A DNA stretch of 57,114 nt, the filler included, from Basidiobolus ranarum (taxonomy: Eukaryota): NCBI GenBank assembly GCA_040143965.1. It is 7 parts of 7 records of this genome, joined end to end, with 100 filler letters (N's around TTAATTAATTAA, not from the genome) between each part and the next. Parts side by side here need not be neighbours in the genome. Positions count along the whole stretch, not along the records: positions 1 to 8,095 come from JASJQH010001021.1; positions 8,196 to 16,288 come from JASJQH010001022.1; 5 more parts are not named here. The stretch is one strand, 5' to 3'. Position 1 is the first letter of the stretch. Each line of letters begins with the position of its first letter. The position numbers and the translations under genes were made by a program. Positions 1-12,192 of this stretch are shown here, in pieces. Below the pieces are notes generated by a model that was not told the origin of the DNA, searched no databases, and saw only the letters and a list, made by a program, of their open reading frames with translations.

Positions 1-632
1 AACTTCAACTTTTATTGTTAGCATATTATGCTACATTGGCTTATTTGTTTAATAGTAGTTTATCTAGTTATTAAATAAATATTACACCCTGTGGTGTTTA
101 TCATCCCCCTAGCTTTGGTCCTATATATATTGCAAAACCTATTCTTTGTACCTTCCTTTCCCTAATAAGCTCTACTGCAGTTTCAAATTTCTTCATTTTA
201 TGTTATGTTTGACCTTCTTTGATTATCTTAAAGCACACCATATATAGGTGATGCTCAATAAAGTTACTAAAAACCTAACCCTAAGGTAATCACAGACTCT
301 TTCTGTTGCATTGCGTTACAAAATAAATGTCCTAATTGACTTGATCTAAATTCCAAACAATCATCTACTTGGTATTATGAAATCTATGGATTGCTAAATC
401 CCAGGAAATAGTTGAAATATAACTCATACTTTGGGTATATATTATCTCACCCTAGTACATATTTCAATACAACAAATATTTGCTAAAAGGATTAGGCTTC
501 TAATTTTAAATTCCATACAAAACAATTGGATTTGGATTTTTATTCAAAGAAATGGATTTGTTTGAATTTCATCCAATACAAAGAACTGATTACAATTGCT
601 AGTCCAGCTAGCATGCAAAATCTATCAGCCAT

Positions 633-1424
633 TTATGCCCAAGTGCAAATGATATCTCCGCTATTTTCTTGGCAGACAGTACCCTTGGCACACACTTGTT
701 GGACAGTTCTTCCATGAGAACAAGTCTCAAACACTCCGGTTTGCCCAGGACTGACACATCTTCTATCGAAGTTACATTCAGTGTTGGATGCGGTGGGGGT
801 TTTGTCATTCTTGATAATGGCCCCGGAGCTAGTATCGGTATTGGCTTCACCCTTGTTGCTCTCGGTAATGTTTTGATCCTTTGTAGGTTCGGTATTGACA
901 CTTTGGTTTCCAGACTGTTCATTGTTATTGGAGTTATTTGTATCATTCGACTCAGAGTCTTTGATTTCGGTCTCTTTACTTGGTGCTTCTGACTCACCGC
1001 CGCAGGAAACATAGTCCCATGTCATTGTGACGCGACCTTGGGCTTGATCTGCGATTCTGTCAAAAGCGGCAGGGCTTAGATCCAGGTCACCGTGCTTACA
1101 AGATGGGCATTTGTCAACAATCTTCACCTTCACACTGCCTTTAGGGCCTAGAACCATGGCACAACTGGAGCAAGCTGGGCTGTTCATCGGTCTAGGATAG
1201 ACACCGAATTGTGGAGCATTCAACGCTGCGATCAACTCAGTAGGACCTGAGACGACTTCACAAGCACCTAAACCAGGATCATAGTAGGTAGCATCACCTG
1301 AAAACAACCCGCGTTTTGACAAATGAACACTGGATTCATTTTGAATGGGAGCAGCCGATACTTGAGAGGCAGTAAAAAGGGCTACCAAGACGGACGCTGT
1401 GTTGAATAATTTGAAACCTGCCAT
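633..1424 (-). CDS. Secreted expansin-like / RlpA-type double-psi beta-barrel (DPBB) protein with low-complexity linker and C-terminal Cys-rich CBM19-like module
   Basis: Intact 263-aa ORF; hydrophobic signal peptide, then KR Kex2-type site; DPBB motifs FSGDATYY-PGLGAC, IAALNAPQF, VKIVDKCPSC-GDLDLSPAAF; S/T/N/E-rich linker; C-terminal C-x-CVSPG-x-C-x-C-xGTVC-x-CTW. Confidence 0.9.
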   Translation of the reverse strand: MAGFKLFNTASVLVALFTASQVSAAPIQNESSVHLSKRGLFSGDATYYDPGLGACEVVSGPTELIAALNAPQFGVYPRPMNSPACSSCAMVLGPKGSVKVKIVDKCPSCKHGDLDLSPAAFDRIADQAQGRVTMTWDYVSCGGESEAPSKETEIKDSESNDTNNSNNNEQSGNQSVNTEPTKDQNITESNKGEANTDTSSGAIIKNDKTPTASNTECNFDRRCVSPGQTGVFETCSHGRTVQQVCAKGTVCQENSGDIICTWA

Positions 1425-1724
1425 ATTAATAAACGAAATTAGAGTTGCTATACCTACTGGATGATGGTCCTGTTATCAAAACTAGGAGAGAAATTGTGAA
1501 GTTGCCATGGTATGGCGTTCCCTTTTTATACATGGATCTTTCGGTGGCTGCTTCATGCTTTCTTTCCACTCTTAGTAGCTTGGGATCTGCGTACCCGATC
1601 TTCCCATTACCAAATTTAAGTATAGAACCGAGAATATATTTAATTGTTCTTTTCCAAATCATCTCTACCTTTGAAAGTACCTTGCCTTACTTAAATTGTA
1701 CTAATTCATTAGCCATGCCCGAAA

Positions 1725-1796
1725 CTAGTATCACGATACCATAGCCATGATGCTTTAATCGTGATACTAGAGCCATGCTGCTTTAACCGGGATACT
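1725..1796. repeat. Perfect 13-bp inverted repeat overlapping a 28-bp-period direct repeat, upstream of the DPBB gene
   Basis: CTAGTATCACGAT (1725-1737) / ATCGTGATACTAG (1758-1770); AGCCATG-TGCTTTAA-CG-GATACT at 1743 and 1771. Confidence 0.8.
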
Positions 1797-4218
1797 TTTT
1801 ACATATATCGTAGTAGCCCTTCACTCGAAGTTGATCTAAGACAAAGACAATGTGTCTTAGGACCTAAAGTTGGATATGGCGTAACGAAATAAGCACCATA
1901 TCAACACCCTCCCCTCCCTCCCTTAAATCAAGCCAAACGCAAGTTTATCACAATGATCTATATATCTGTTTAACCATGCCTAAAGCTGAATCGAGCACAG
2001 AGGCAAAAAGGAAACAATGATACTGCAGATGGTAAAGTGGTTAAAGGATTCTAAAGAAGACTTACTATTGACCAGTAACCAATCAGCTGACCCACCGATC
2101 GATTCATCAAGCACGATAAGATCACGAAATTTCCGCATGATTTCAGTTCGAATGTTTATGAAATGATCGAATGGAAATTCATCTGTACTTATGGAAGAGA
2201 TTAGAACTTTACATACCAAATATGCGTAATCTCAGCAAGAAGAGTTTCTATCATTCCAGAACCATTGTTTACCTTTATGCCACTTGAAATGGACTGGAAC
2301 GTCAAGAAGCTTAAATTCAGGATGGTAATGTGATGGTTAGTAATGGTTATCACAAAGTAGTTTAAGCGTTAATAGGTGCGGTGTGAGAAGGGTTAGGCAC
2401 AAAGATTATCCGGAGCCTGCCAACGTTGAAATTATCAGCTGCCATCGGCTCAAATTGATGATAACTGAATATGCTGAATGGCAATACATGAGAATGTAAA
2501 GGATTATAGCGCTATAACTATTACAGGTGGTCGTATCTGTTCCAGAGACTGACTTGCTAGCCAAAGAGTCCCAAACCAAGCTGGCGTGATTCTCGGTTCA
2601 GATGCAAATAGTTCCACACAGAAATTAGGAGTCAAGTTTACTTACTGAGCGAGTTGAATTAATTTATTTAGGAGATACATCCCTCCACTCCTCTGCCAGC
2701 ATTTAACAAGGACTTGCTCAATTTATTAAGTCACTATTAAAACTTCCTTCAAATAGGGTTATCAATACAAGAGCAATGAAAGTCGTCAATAAAGCAACCT
2801 GCTATTGATGAAGTTTAGTTATTTTTAGAGGCAGGGTTGAAACTCTTGAATAAATTATTGGTATATATAAGCATAAGCCCGGTGGATTAACTCGAAAAAT
2901 CCAAGTATGCAGATTTTGGGTACACACCTGATGGTGATAATAAAGATAGCAATTGTAATAGATTATGATAGTTCCCTGGAAAACGTCCCATACCAATGGG
3001 GTGGCAAATTCTACGCTGCTTTACATAAGAAAGAACATGAGCTAGCCGAAATCCTTGAAGTATGGCTGGTTAAACCCCGATAATGATATTAACAAAATTG
3101 ACAGTATATTATCAGCTGTTATTCGAATCCGCCTTTAACAGTGATCTTACTGATAAAATAAATGAATTCATTTCAAAGCATTTCTGATCGTATCGATAAC
3201 ATATTATGTATGGAGATGTTGAAGGTGGTTAATAGACACAGTTCAAAGTACTTGAATGACAGATATCATTAGATTAGACAAGAAGATTAGAGAATTCCGT
3301 TTCAAATGATTTTTATGGTAGATGGAAATCGCCACTGAAGAGCATCACTCTTGTCAATTTAGTATTTACGATATCCATTAGTCATCAGAATCTATCGTAA
3401 CGCAACAATTGCTCTACTTTCAGCACAGCGCTACAGGAGATTATTATCCATATACTCAACATGGTAGGTGATATTGTCCTGGGTGAGAAATCTTATTTCG
3501 CCTCCAACAGCATTACTGAGGCAGAAGTCAAAGCACCACAAATTGAAGTACTATTGGCAAAATTAAACAAGGATCAGTCCAAATGATGGTGAATTCCCTT
3601 TTATTGAAACCAAACATGCAAGTACTGTTCGTTTGTTCGAAGTTACGCATGGCAAATCAAAATCAGCAAGATGGATAAATTAATTTTTAATAAAAGAGAA
3701 CAATGGCAGACACTCCAAACATTTATACTCCACTTTCGGTGACTAGAATAGAATAGTACAGATACAACGACATCGGTTTAATACTTTAAACGCTGTATAT
3801 CTATTACTCCAAAATCAAAACGCTACTAACGACCCGCGACCAACTATAGATAGATCATGGTATTTAAGGAAAGTATCGGACAAAGATATTAGGAATAATC
3901 TAGAGCATATCTCATTCGGTGGAAATCACTGCCAACTTCTCCATTAATCATTTTTTGAGCTCTTCTTTTGTGTTTTTGCCACTGTTCTTCATGCTTCTTC
4001 TATTAATACGAAGTTAGTACATCTATGAAGGATGCACCAATCGCTTTGCCGCATCAGTATTCATAGCAGAAGATTGAGCACGTTTCTGTATAAAACCCTA
4101 TACAGATACTACATCGCCAGCCAACACAATGTTTCAGCAAGTTTTAGAGGTACAAATATTCACGAGCTGACAAAGTAACGGATTATAAAATCCGCTTTCT
4201 CAATAAGAGAAATACCTA

Positions 4219-5020
4219 ATGAAGGCTACTCTTTTACTAGGAGTATTGCTTTCTTGGGCATTAGGAAGCAGTATCAGCATCTCACTTGACAGCATTGTAG
4301 GTACTCAGAGGAAATCTTTACATGCACTTCTTGCACCAAATAGTATAACCGCTAATAAGCAAGTACGGGCTGTGAAGCAACCCAAGCTCGGCAATTCCCA
4401 CTGTCATAGAAATACCCGTTTTGAGCATATTTATATGACATATTAGTTTATCCATAGTACTCGACCTATATGGACATTGCCGCCGATAAACACCTTTATT
4501 ATTGGTTCTTTGCTTTTGAAATTTGTCGAAAGTGCGATCCCGGCACTGTACTTTGCTATTCGCTCGAATTAGCTGTTAATGCATGGTTGAGTCACTCAGA
4601 GATTAGAACTGAGTTGGTGCCGCGAAAGAAGCAGGTCAATTCAATCTCTCCAGTTCGGGGAGTTTTGATTAACTTTAGCTACACTCCTGAATATGCTTCA
4701 ATTTTTACAGATCGGATACTGGGATTACTTAAAGCCGGAGTCAGAGTGTTAATGTATGTGGGTGATGCCGATTTCATTTATCATTGAAGGGGCAACAAGG
4801 CTGTAGCTCTTGGTGTTAAGTGGTTTAATAGAGAGAAATTTAATAATGCTAATGATCTGATCCGGAAAGTAAGTGGAATGGATGCTGGTGAAGTTAGGAC
4901 CTATGACCACTGACCTATATTCGTGTCTACAAGGCTGGACATTTTGTCACTCATGATAAACCTCAGATTGCTTCAAACTTAATAGACACTTGGATCAGTA
5001 GTAAACCATTTTTGCAGTAA
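4219..5020 (+). pseudogene. Serine carboxypeptidase (S10, carboxypeptidase Y-like) pseudogene
   Basis: Signal peptide and VKQPKL; YMDIAADKHLYYWFF; GVRVLMYVGDADFIYH*RGNKA; AGEVRTY; YKAGHFVTHDKP. Stops and frameshifts present; the central GESYAG catalytic region is absent. Confidence 0.85.
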
Positions 5021-6499
5021 CCTTGTTTTCTCGAATTGTGCTAGAAGTTAATCTTCAATAAATTGCTTATTACATCAAACTGTTAATTGTTATTGCTAAC
5101 TTTAACTGAACTACTTTAGTACGCTGTATTATTTTGTTGATCATCGAAATTAAGAGTGCCTGTAGTTGGATATTTCTGTCCAGCAAGTGACAGCATAGAA
5201 AGGTCAGTTCACAAATACTTGGAAAATCTGAATCAATATATATTTAATTGTCTTTTTTTGCTAAGGTAAGCTTCAGATAAAGTATAGGCAGTAATAAAAA
5301 AACACCTCTTCCAACGTTGATAGACTCATATTTGGTGATATAAACCAGGAGGTTCAACTCCTGGCGATCCTGATTAACACATATCCACACATTATCGTAC
5401 TTAAGGAGTGCTAAGCTATCTGGTGGTAGATGATGATACAAATAAGCAATGCTAGTGGAAGAAGACCTGCCCAAGAGCTTGATAAATCTTTATGAGCTTT
5501 GCTTGTATTTGGCAACATACCTGGTTACTCACCGAGTCAAATGAGTTATTTCAGATGACTCTGAGTTTGAAAGCTCCTATTTCACTTATATATTTGTTCG
5601 CAGTTGAGCAATTACCTGGTTCAACAATCAGCCACTATGGATGAAAAATAGCACTTGAGGCATTGGTCGGATAGCTGATAATGATCCCAGAGTACCAGTC
5701 ATATAGGTATAGATAGAACTTCTTGATGATATATTTATTGATCAATCTTTGAAGGTCCAATAGCCTATGATTCTGATCACACTTGTTGTTAAGATGGCAA
5801 TGGGATCAAAGTTGCTTGGGTCTCGGCGGGAGTGTTGAAATGCACTGCAGGATAATCCGACTCTAAAAATGAATGACACTGAAAATTCAGATTTAGTCCA
5901 CAACTGCTAGTAATTTAGAACCAGTACTATGATGAATTCGACACTCCCCTTACGCTATGTGGCAATGTCAATTGTTCTCCTCGAATTTATATGGTTGGAT
6001 TCAAAAGCATTACCACTGTTCAGACGGCCTGAGCTACTGAACCGCATATTTACAGTACAATCAGTGGACCATACAAAGTATATTCAGGAGTGTGCTAAAT
6101 ACATCTTACTCAGTTTGTATTAGAATCCGAATGCCTCTATGAATGTGGGCCTTTCTACCTAAAGACTATATCCGTTGGTACTCATAACCTCCCTCAAAGT
6201 TTTCTCCTGACTTCGGGAATGCATTCCCAAGCTCCTTGCGTTATTTGTATTGGAGAGAACTACCTTTGGCGGAGTTACCGCAGCACTATTCTTCATGCCC
6301 TTAGTAAGGAAAGATGAAAGTAAAGTATCAGTCAGTGATGGATATTGTTGCTCCATTGCTACAAAGCCCTAGGCTGGACTAAGAATGTACCAACGACAAC
6401 TATTTTAGATGTGGTATCATTCTTTTCTTTCAGTATCCAGTATTAATATCATTTGATGGTACAATTGTATTTTAATAAAGTAGGAAAGTGCTGTTATAA

Positions 6500-7620
6500 T
6501 ATTATTATGTCATATAATAAACTGATATTTAGCTGAATTTGCTAAAATCAATGTAATGCAGTTGAACTGTGCTACAGGTGCATAAGTATCTGTGTAATCT
6601 ATTCCTGATGTTTAGGAATAGCCTTTGGCTACTGGTCTAGCCTTCTATCTTTCTATATTACCATCAGAGATGTATTTAACTATAAATACCCACTGGCAGC
6701 CAATTGATTTTCCATCATCAGGTAAGTTGGTTAAAGTCCAAGTTTGTGTTGAAATTAGCATTGCCAAACACCTGTATAGTCATATATAGCTTAGTATTGA
6801 GTGATCTTACATTTCACTCAGATATTACCCATTATTATTAATCTCAACTTACTTGGAATATTTTTACCTACTTAGAAGTGAAAACCACCAATATCTCTAA
6901 TTCTCCAAACTACTTCCATAAGCTCCCAAATACTCTAACACTGGAGTTGTCCAGGCATAGGCCCAATTTTGAAACTCATTAATATAGTAATGGGGGCTAT
7001 TTCTGATCCAATTTGATCTCCTGGTTTGGCATAAAGGTACTGTAGCTTCTGGCATTATATTGGTATCTTAGTAGGCTGAATTTTGGTTAAACAGTCTACA
7101 GGAAAGCTATTTCTTCATTGTTCTGGTTTGAACCAATTTGAATGATTGTACCAGGAGAAAATTGATTTTCTTCATCCCTTACAAAAAAAATTTAGGTTTG
7201 GATTTCATACTATTTTCCTGCTTCTTTTTAATGGTATTAAAATGGGATTGCACCAGTTTTCTTATGGTAATCTACCAGTCTTCCTTTCCTACCATTTTCT
7301 TATGGTATTCCTACCCCCAAATTTGTAGTTTCTCTTGTTTTCCTATGGTATTCCTACCCATATTTCTCATAGAGCATCATCTGATGTCATATTAGGTGCA
7401 ATGTTTTCATATGCATTTAACTAAATATGTGTAGACTTGCTAAACTTTGAAATTTCAGTATACAGAGGCTCTAGGCTTTAGTTTGAGTAAAACAACCTAG
7501 AAATATGCATTTCTTACTTTTTTGATCAAATTTAGACCAATTCTTGGTCATATTTAACATAGGCTATGCATTTAAGTTAAATGCTTTACATCTGGTTCAG
7601 CTCTATATCAAGTTTGATAT
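6500..7620 (-). mobile_element. Degenerate Ty1/copia pol relic (integrase C-terminal region, then reverse transcriptase)
   Basis: Minus strand ~7600-7460: PDVKHL..CIAYV..SKFDQKSKKCIFLG..TKA; ~6765-6510: TWTLTNLPDDGKSIGCQWVFIVKYISDGNIER*KARPVAKGYS*TSGIDYTDTYAPVA. INT-before-RT order is that of copia. Confidence 0.9.
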
Positions 7621-7680
7621 AGGCAGAATTAAATAGATATCTAGTATAGCTCCTACTCATCAGATATACAGCTGTAGTAA

Positions 7681-8095
7681 CCCTAACAAAAATAAAATTG
7701 ATTTGATCCGGATTGGATCCACCCTCCAAAATAGCAAAACCATCACAGAACCATCACAATATTGTTGGCTTGCATTCTGCCAGGGATTTTGATGGTGTGA
7801 CAGTGGCTTCTTGATGGTATCTTAACGGTATTCATACATGTTAAAGTATTGATCCTCAAATTTGGCATGCGTTATTCAATATCCAGCAATTTTTGCAAAA
7901 ACATAATTTTCAAATGGCAAATTACTGGGTTTACTGCTTTAGGAATTTGAATTAATATGCATGCCTTTATTTAGATATTTTAGGCTTTGTATTCCAGCCA
8001 TAATGAGAATCAAAAAATACAAGAATCTCGTTGTGTTTAGTCTCTACATATGCACATATTTGACTGATTAGACATAACTCAACAACATCAATATG
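7681..8095 (-). mobile_element. Terminal fragment of the CACTA/CMC-type transposon family of contig 4
   Basis: Near-identical to the reverse complement of ~25206-25620; begins with terminus CCCTAACAAAAATAAAATTGA. Confidence 0.9.
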
Positions 8096-8195
8096 NNNNN
8101 NNNNNNNNNNNNNNNNNNNNNNNNNNNNNNNNNNNNNNNTTAATTAATTAANNNNNNNNNNNNNNNNNNNNNNNNNNNNNNNNNNNNNNNNNNNN
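8096..8195. other. Artificial contig spacer
   Basis: N44-TTAATTAATTAA-N44 (stops in all six frames). Confidence 0.99.
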
Positions 8196-9717
8196 TCTGT
8201 AGTACTTTGGTTGAGTAATTCTAATGGTTGCATTCCTGGAAATGGTGTGCTATCATGGAGATGATCCAACGTTCAGAAGCAAGGACGAAAAGAAAATCCC
8301 AGTCACTTTTGCTTTGGTCTACTAGTAGGAGTGTCTGATCGTAAGCATTGAAAAAGGGCCAAGTAATTAAGTTTCGGAGAAGTAGCAATGTAACACACTC
8401 TCAATACTTGAAAGCAGTCTACATGTCAGATCTCGGTGCCAGAAATAACTTTTGATCCCTATTCAACAGATATCTTGGTGATGGCTAGCTAGAATATTGG
8501 AAGTTTCAGTTCCGCTTTTTGGACAAATCTTGGCGTGTATAGAGTATCCCAGAGTTCATCTATATACCTCAGACCATATCAAGAAGCTCAACTGATCATG
8601 TGAACGTTGGCAAGCTGCGTGGTAAGCAGTGTCCCTATCAAGGTTTGAACGAACTACACGCCATTGCTTCAGACACCATTTGCTCATGAGGATCGGGTGG
8701 TTGATGTTTATAAATAACCATGGCCCTCTTTTGGCAAATTCCAAATTGCTGGTATTCGAATGATATTCCATATACATATCATTATATCATTTATCTGGAT
8801 GGCATCGAGTTCATCTACGAAGCTCGAGAACGGACCCAACAAATTAAAAACCCCCGAATGGTCCACTTCATCAAGCCCCCATTTGATTGATTGCACTAGG
8901 AATCTACTAGATCAGTTGGAATTCCTTTATAGATATGCCACCCATGTCTGGTTTGAGCCAGGAAGTGTAGTGAAAGTATATGTCTACTCGAATGTAAGCG
9001 CTTCAACTTGATAACCCTACGATGTCGTCCTTCTGATTCGTTCATACCTTGGCTCTTCTAAGTTCACTCGTGGTCTCATAATACTATTCAGCAGCTTTGG
9101 GTTGAGCCGATTTTCAGTATCGTAACCTGGAGAATTGCTTCAATATACCCTGCTGGATGTGGCTGATATTCTCTGTTAAGTGAATGCTCCTACGATTGGC
9201 AACAGTAAGGAATCCCTGAGGGACTTCTTGGGACACTGCTTACTGTATTGATGCTATTACACAGGAAACCTTAAATATGTGCTACTTTATTTAGAAAGCC
9301 AATCGTAAAACTACAGCGTACAATCTTTGATGCTATTTTTATTACGGAATCTTATCCGAATATAACCGATGGCACTTTCAAATGTCAAATGGTGATGATT
9401 AGGTATTAGTAAACTGCCTTCTTCCAAAGAATACTTTGTATTGCTTTTCAGGGAATCATACGTGCGATTGTGTAGATTAGTCCAATTAAAACTGCCTATA
9501 CCTTTGAATATCACCAGGAGATTCTTCATCGGGTTAGCAACTGGAGTATAATGGACCCGGTGTAAGAATAGTATCAGTTGGGTCAATCAAGGTTTGAATA
9601 CCCTTGCAACATCATATTCAAACTCAGGATCCCATTCTCTTGGAATCGAATAAATGCTGACAAGAGGACACTAAAGTATATTGACTTCCTCCCATTCTTA
9701 CTCGTGCATTTCTCCAT

Positions 9718-10362
9718 ATGAACCTCATAAAAGTAAAGTCGATCTTTAAAAAGAACTCCGTCGTAGAAGATTCACCAAACCCCCCTGTAAAAACCACTAC
9801 TGGTACTAATGTACCGGATAATGAAGCCACTTGTACTCTTGCTGATACCCCCACCAACAAATTCAATATCACCTCGTGTCGTATGAACATACTAGAAACT
9901 GAAAACTGTTACCTGTATGAACAAAATCGCAAACTTAGCCGGGACCTTAGGAATGCTCAGAGAACCAATGAGGCTCTGTTGAATATCGCTCGCCAGAAAG
10001 ACCGTCAAATCGACAATATTATCCAAGAACATCATGAAGCTATACTTAGAGCTCATGCTATTGAGCAGAGTATGAAGTTGATGCTTTTGAATGACGATAA
10101 ACATGATTTTAAAACATCTAAAACCTCAAGCAATCACGCAGAACCTGAATCTCTTCTGAAATTCGTGACAGCCTTAAAATCCGTCCATCCACTCCCCTGC
10201 CATGCCAACGCTAGTACTAACCTGACTAAGAAAAGGAACTTCTCTAATCGTAAATGCAAATATAGTAAACCCCTGCTCCCCCCTCTCCCTACCATCCTAG
10301 ATGAGGAGGAAAGGCTCAGTTGTAATATTGGAAAAGAGCTTCATACATGTCAAACTGAGTAA
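9718..10362 (+). CDS. Hypothetical protein with central coiled coil
   Basis: ATG-initiated 214-aa ORF; heptad-like segment LETENCYLYEQNRKLSRDLRNAQRTNEALL; no family recognised. Confidence 0.6.
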   Translation: MNLIKVKSIFKKNSVVEDSPNPPVKTTTGTNVPDNEATCTLADTPTNKFNITSCRMNILETENCYLYEQNRKLSRDLRNAQRTNEALLNIARQKDRQIDNIIQEHHEAILRAHAIEQSMKLMLLNDDKHDFKTSKTSSNHAEPESLLKFVTALKSVHPLPCHANASTNLTKKRNFSNRKCKYSKPLLPPLPTILDEEERLSCNIGKELHTCQTE

Positions 10363-11116
10363 GATATCGATCCATTTGACAATTCCCGTTAACTACAACA
10401 TGGTAAATTCCGATAGTGTAGTAAAATCAAGACTGCTTCGAAATGCTCGAGTTATAACAAAATACTAACTAAATCTAGAGCGGAGACTCCAAGGTTGGCA
10501 GGTTCAACTTTGAGTCACTCAGTTTGGCGATTTTGTGGTGTATAGTGAGCATCTCTTTTTGGTGTATTCACTATCAACATAGCATCGCCATATTCTCAAA
10601 CTATGATGCTTCACTACATCAGCCTTCAACTTTATGAAATCCTGATTTTGTGGAAAGAGTAAAGACCAAATCAGTGAAGGTTTCTGTTGAATTCTGGTTC
10701 AGAGGCGTTTTTACCAATATATCGGTTGTATTCGAACCATCAATCGAATTCCAAATTTAGAATCTTAACAGATGAAAAGCCAACCTGCTGGAGATCAATT
10801 ATGGTAAATCAAACCTATTTGGTCGCATTCAATCGAAGACAGAGATTTCGATAATAAAGAATAACAAACAGCTGGCATTTTGAATTTTAGTTGGATTGTT
10901 TTCAACTATCTTGATACAATGTATGTTTACTAACATTGGACCAACATTCATTACCTGTGGCGTTCTTACAAAAATAATCATCAGATGTTCTTGCTTCAGC
11001 GAGTGGTAGGCGATGTTTGAGGAATAATCTGACCAATAAGCAATCATTTGATATTATCACGATCATTAAAATAGGGATTGTGACCACGATTATTCGCCAC
11101 CACCGTTCTGCCCATC

Positions 11117-11752
11117 ATGTTACCTCCAATATATATAATAACCGACAACGTCACAGACCCACTGACCTTTGAGTCAAACATCGATGCATGTCTAGGCCAT
11201 TCAAGTGCATTTATTCAAATCAGATTAAAGTCACTCTCGGTCAAAGATTATTCCTGTTACTTGAGTTCTGCCTGCCAGCTGGCTGGCCCCAATGCTCACA
11301 GATTACTGCTTAACACTGGAGCTTTTGCATGCCTTGCTGATGCTCTCTCTACATGTCTGGACTCCTCGGCAGGTGGTGTACACCTAGTGTCGAAGGATCT
11401 CATGTCCTCTGATACTAAAGAAGTATTGAATCAATTTAAGCAACAGTGGACTAAGCCATATCCTCCGATAATAGCTGCTTCTTGCCATAGCAAAGAGCAG
11501 CTGAAAAGAGCCCAATTACTTGACTTGAATTTTGTCGTAGTCTCTCCTGTTCTTCCTTCTATAACCTGTCCCTCTGACAATTATTTGGGATGGGACGGAT
11601 TTCACGATATTATTACTGAAGCAGACAACCTCCCAGTCTACGCACTAGGGGGCCTTGACGGGAGTCATCTAGCTACGTCAAGAAAATATGGTGCTCAAGG
11701 GATTGCGGCTATTAATGCCTTTTGGAACAAACACAATTTTATCACACAATAA
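11117..11752 (+). CDS. Stand-alone thiamine-phosphate synthase / TenI (TMP-TENI) family protein, intronless
   Basis: IYIITD, FIQIRLK, LLLN, GGVHL, IAASCHSKEQLKRAQ-LDLNFVVVSPV, LGWDGF, LPVYALGGL, GAQGIAAI; AATAAA just after the stop. Confidence 0.88.
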   Translation: MLPPIYIITDNVTDPLTFESNIDACLGHSSAFIQIRLKSLSVKDYSCYLSSACQLAGPNAHRLLLNTGAFACLADALSTCLDSSAGGVHLVSKDLMSSDTKEVLNQFKQQWTKPYPPIIAASCHSKEQLKRAQLLDLNFVVVSPVLPSITCPSDNYLGWDGFHDIITEADNLPVYALGGLDGSHLATSRKYGAQGIAAINAFWNKHNFITQ

Positions 11753-12192
11753 TAATTCTCAATAAACCTTGAGTACTTTGGTGGATTGTAAGCAGTCAGT
11801 ATCTCAAAAAGATAAAGCTCCGTCTATTGAGGTAGAAAATTGTTTTCGATAGATAGAATGACGAATGCTTTACGTTAATAAAAACGCCAAACAACAGCTG
11901 ACTTCATCATCGTGATCGTGTCGTTGCCAGCGTATAGCCTTGAGTATTCAGGTATAATGTTATATAATAACCGATCTAATATAAACACAAAGACTGGGGT
12001 AAATTCGCGGGGATGATTTTTTCTTAATACATGAAGTAGCAGAATCACTATGAAGGTTGGGTTTTAATCTTCGATTTCGTCAAATCATTGTGTAAACGAC
12101 AAAGAAGTGTTTAGTGCTTCACAACGAAAATATCTACCTAGTGCATTTTTTGAAAAGAAGCCTCATATCTTGCTCAACTCTCGAAACTAATA

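Noticed and set aside
10478-10520. tRNA-like string AGACTCCAAGGTTGGCAGGTTCAAC
   Set aside because: No pairing T-stem, D-arm or acceptor stem
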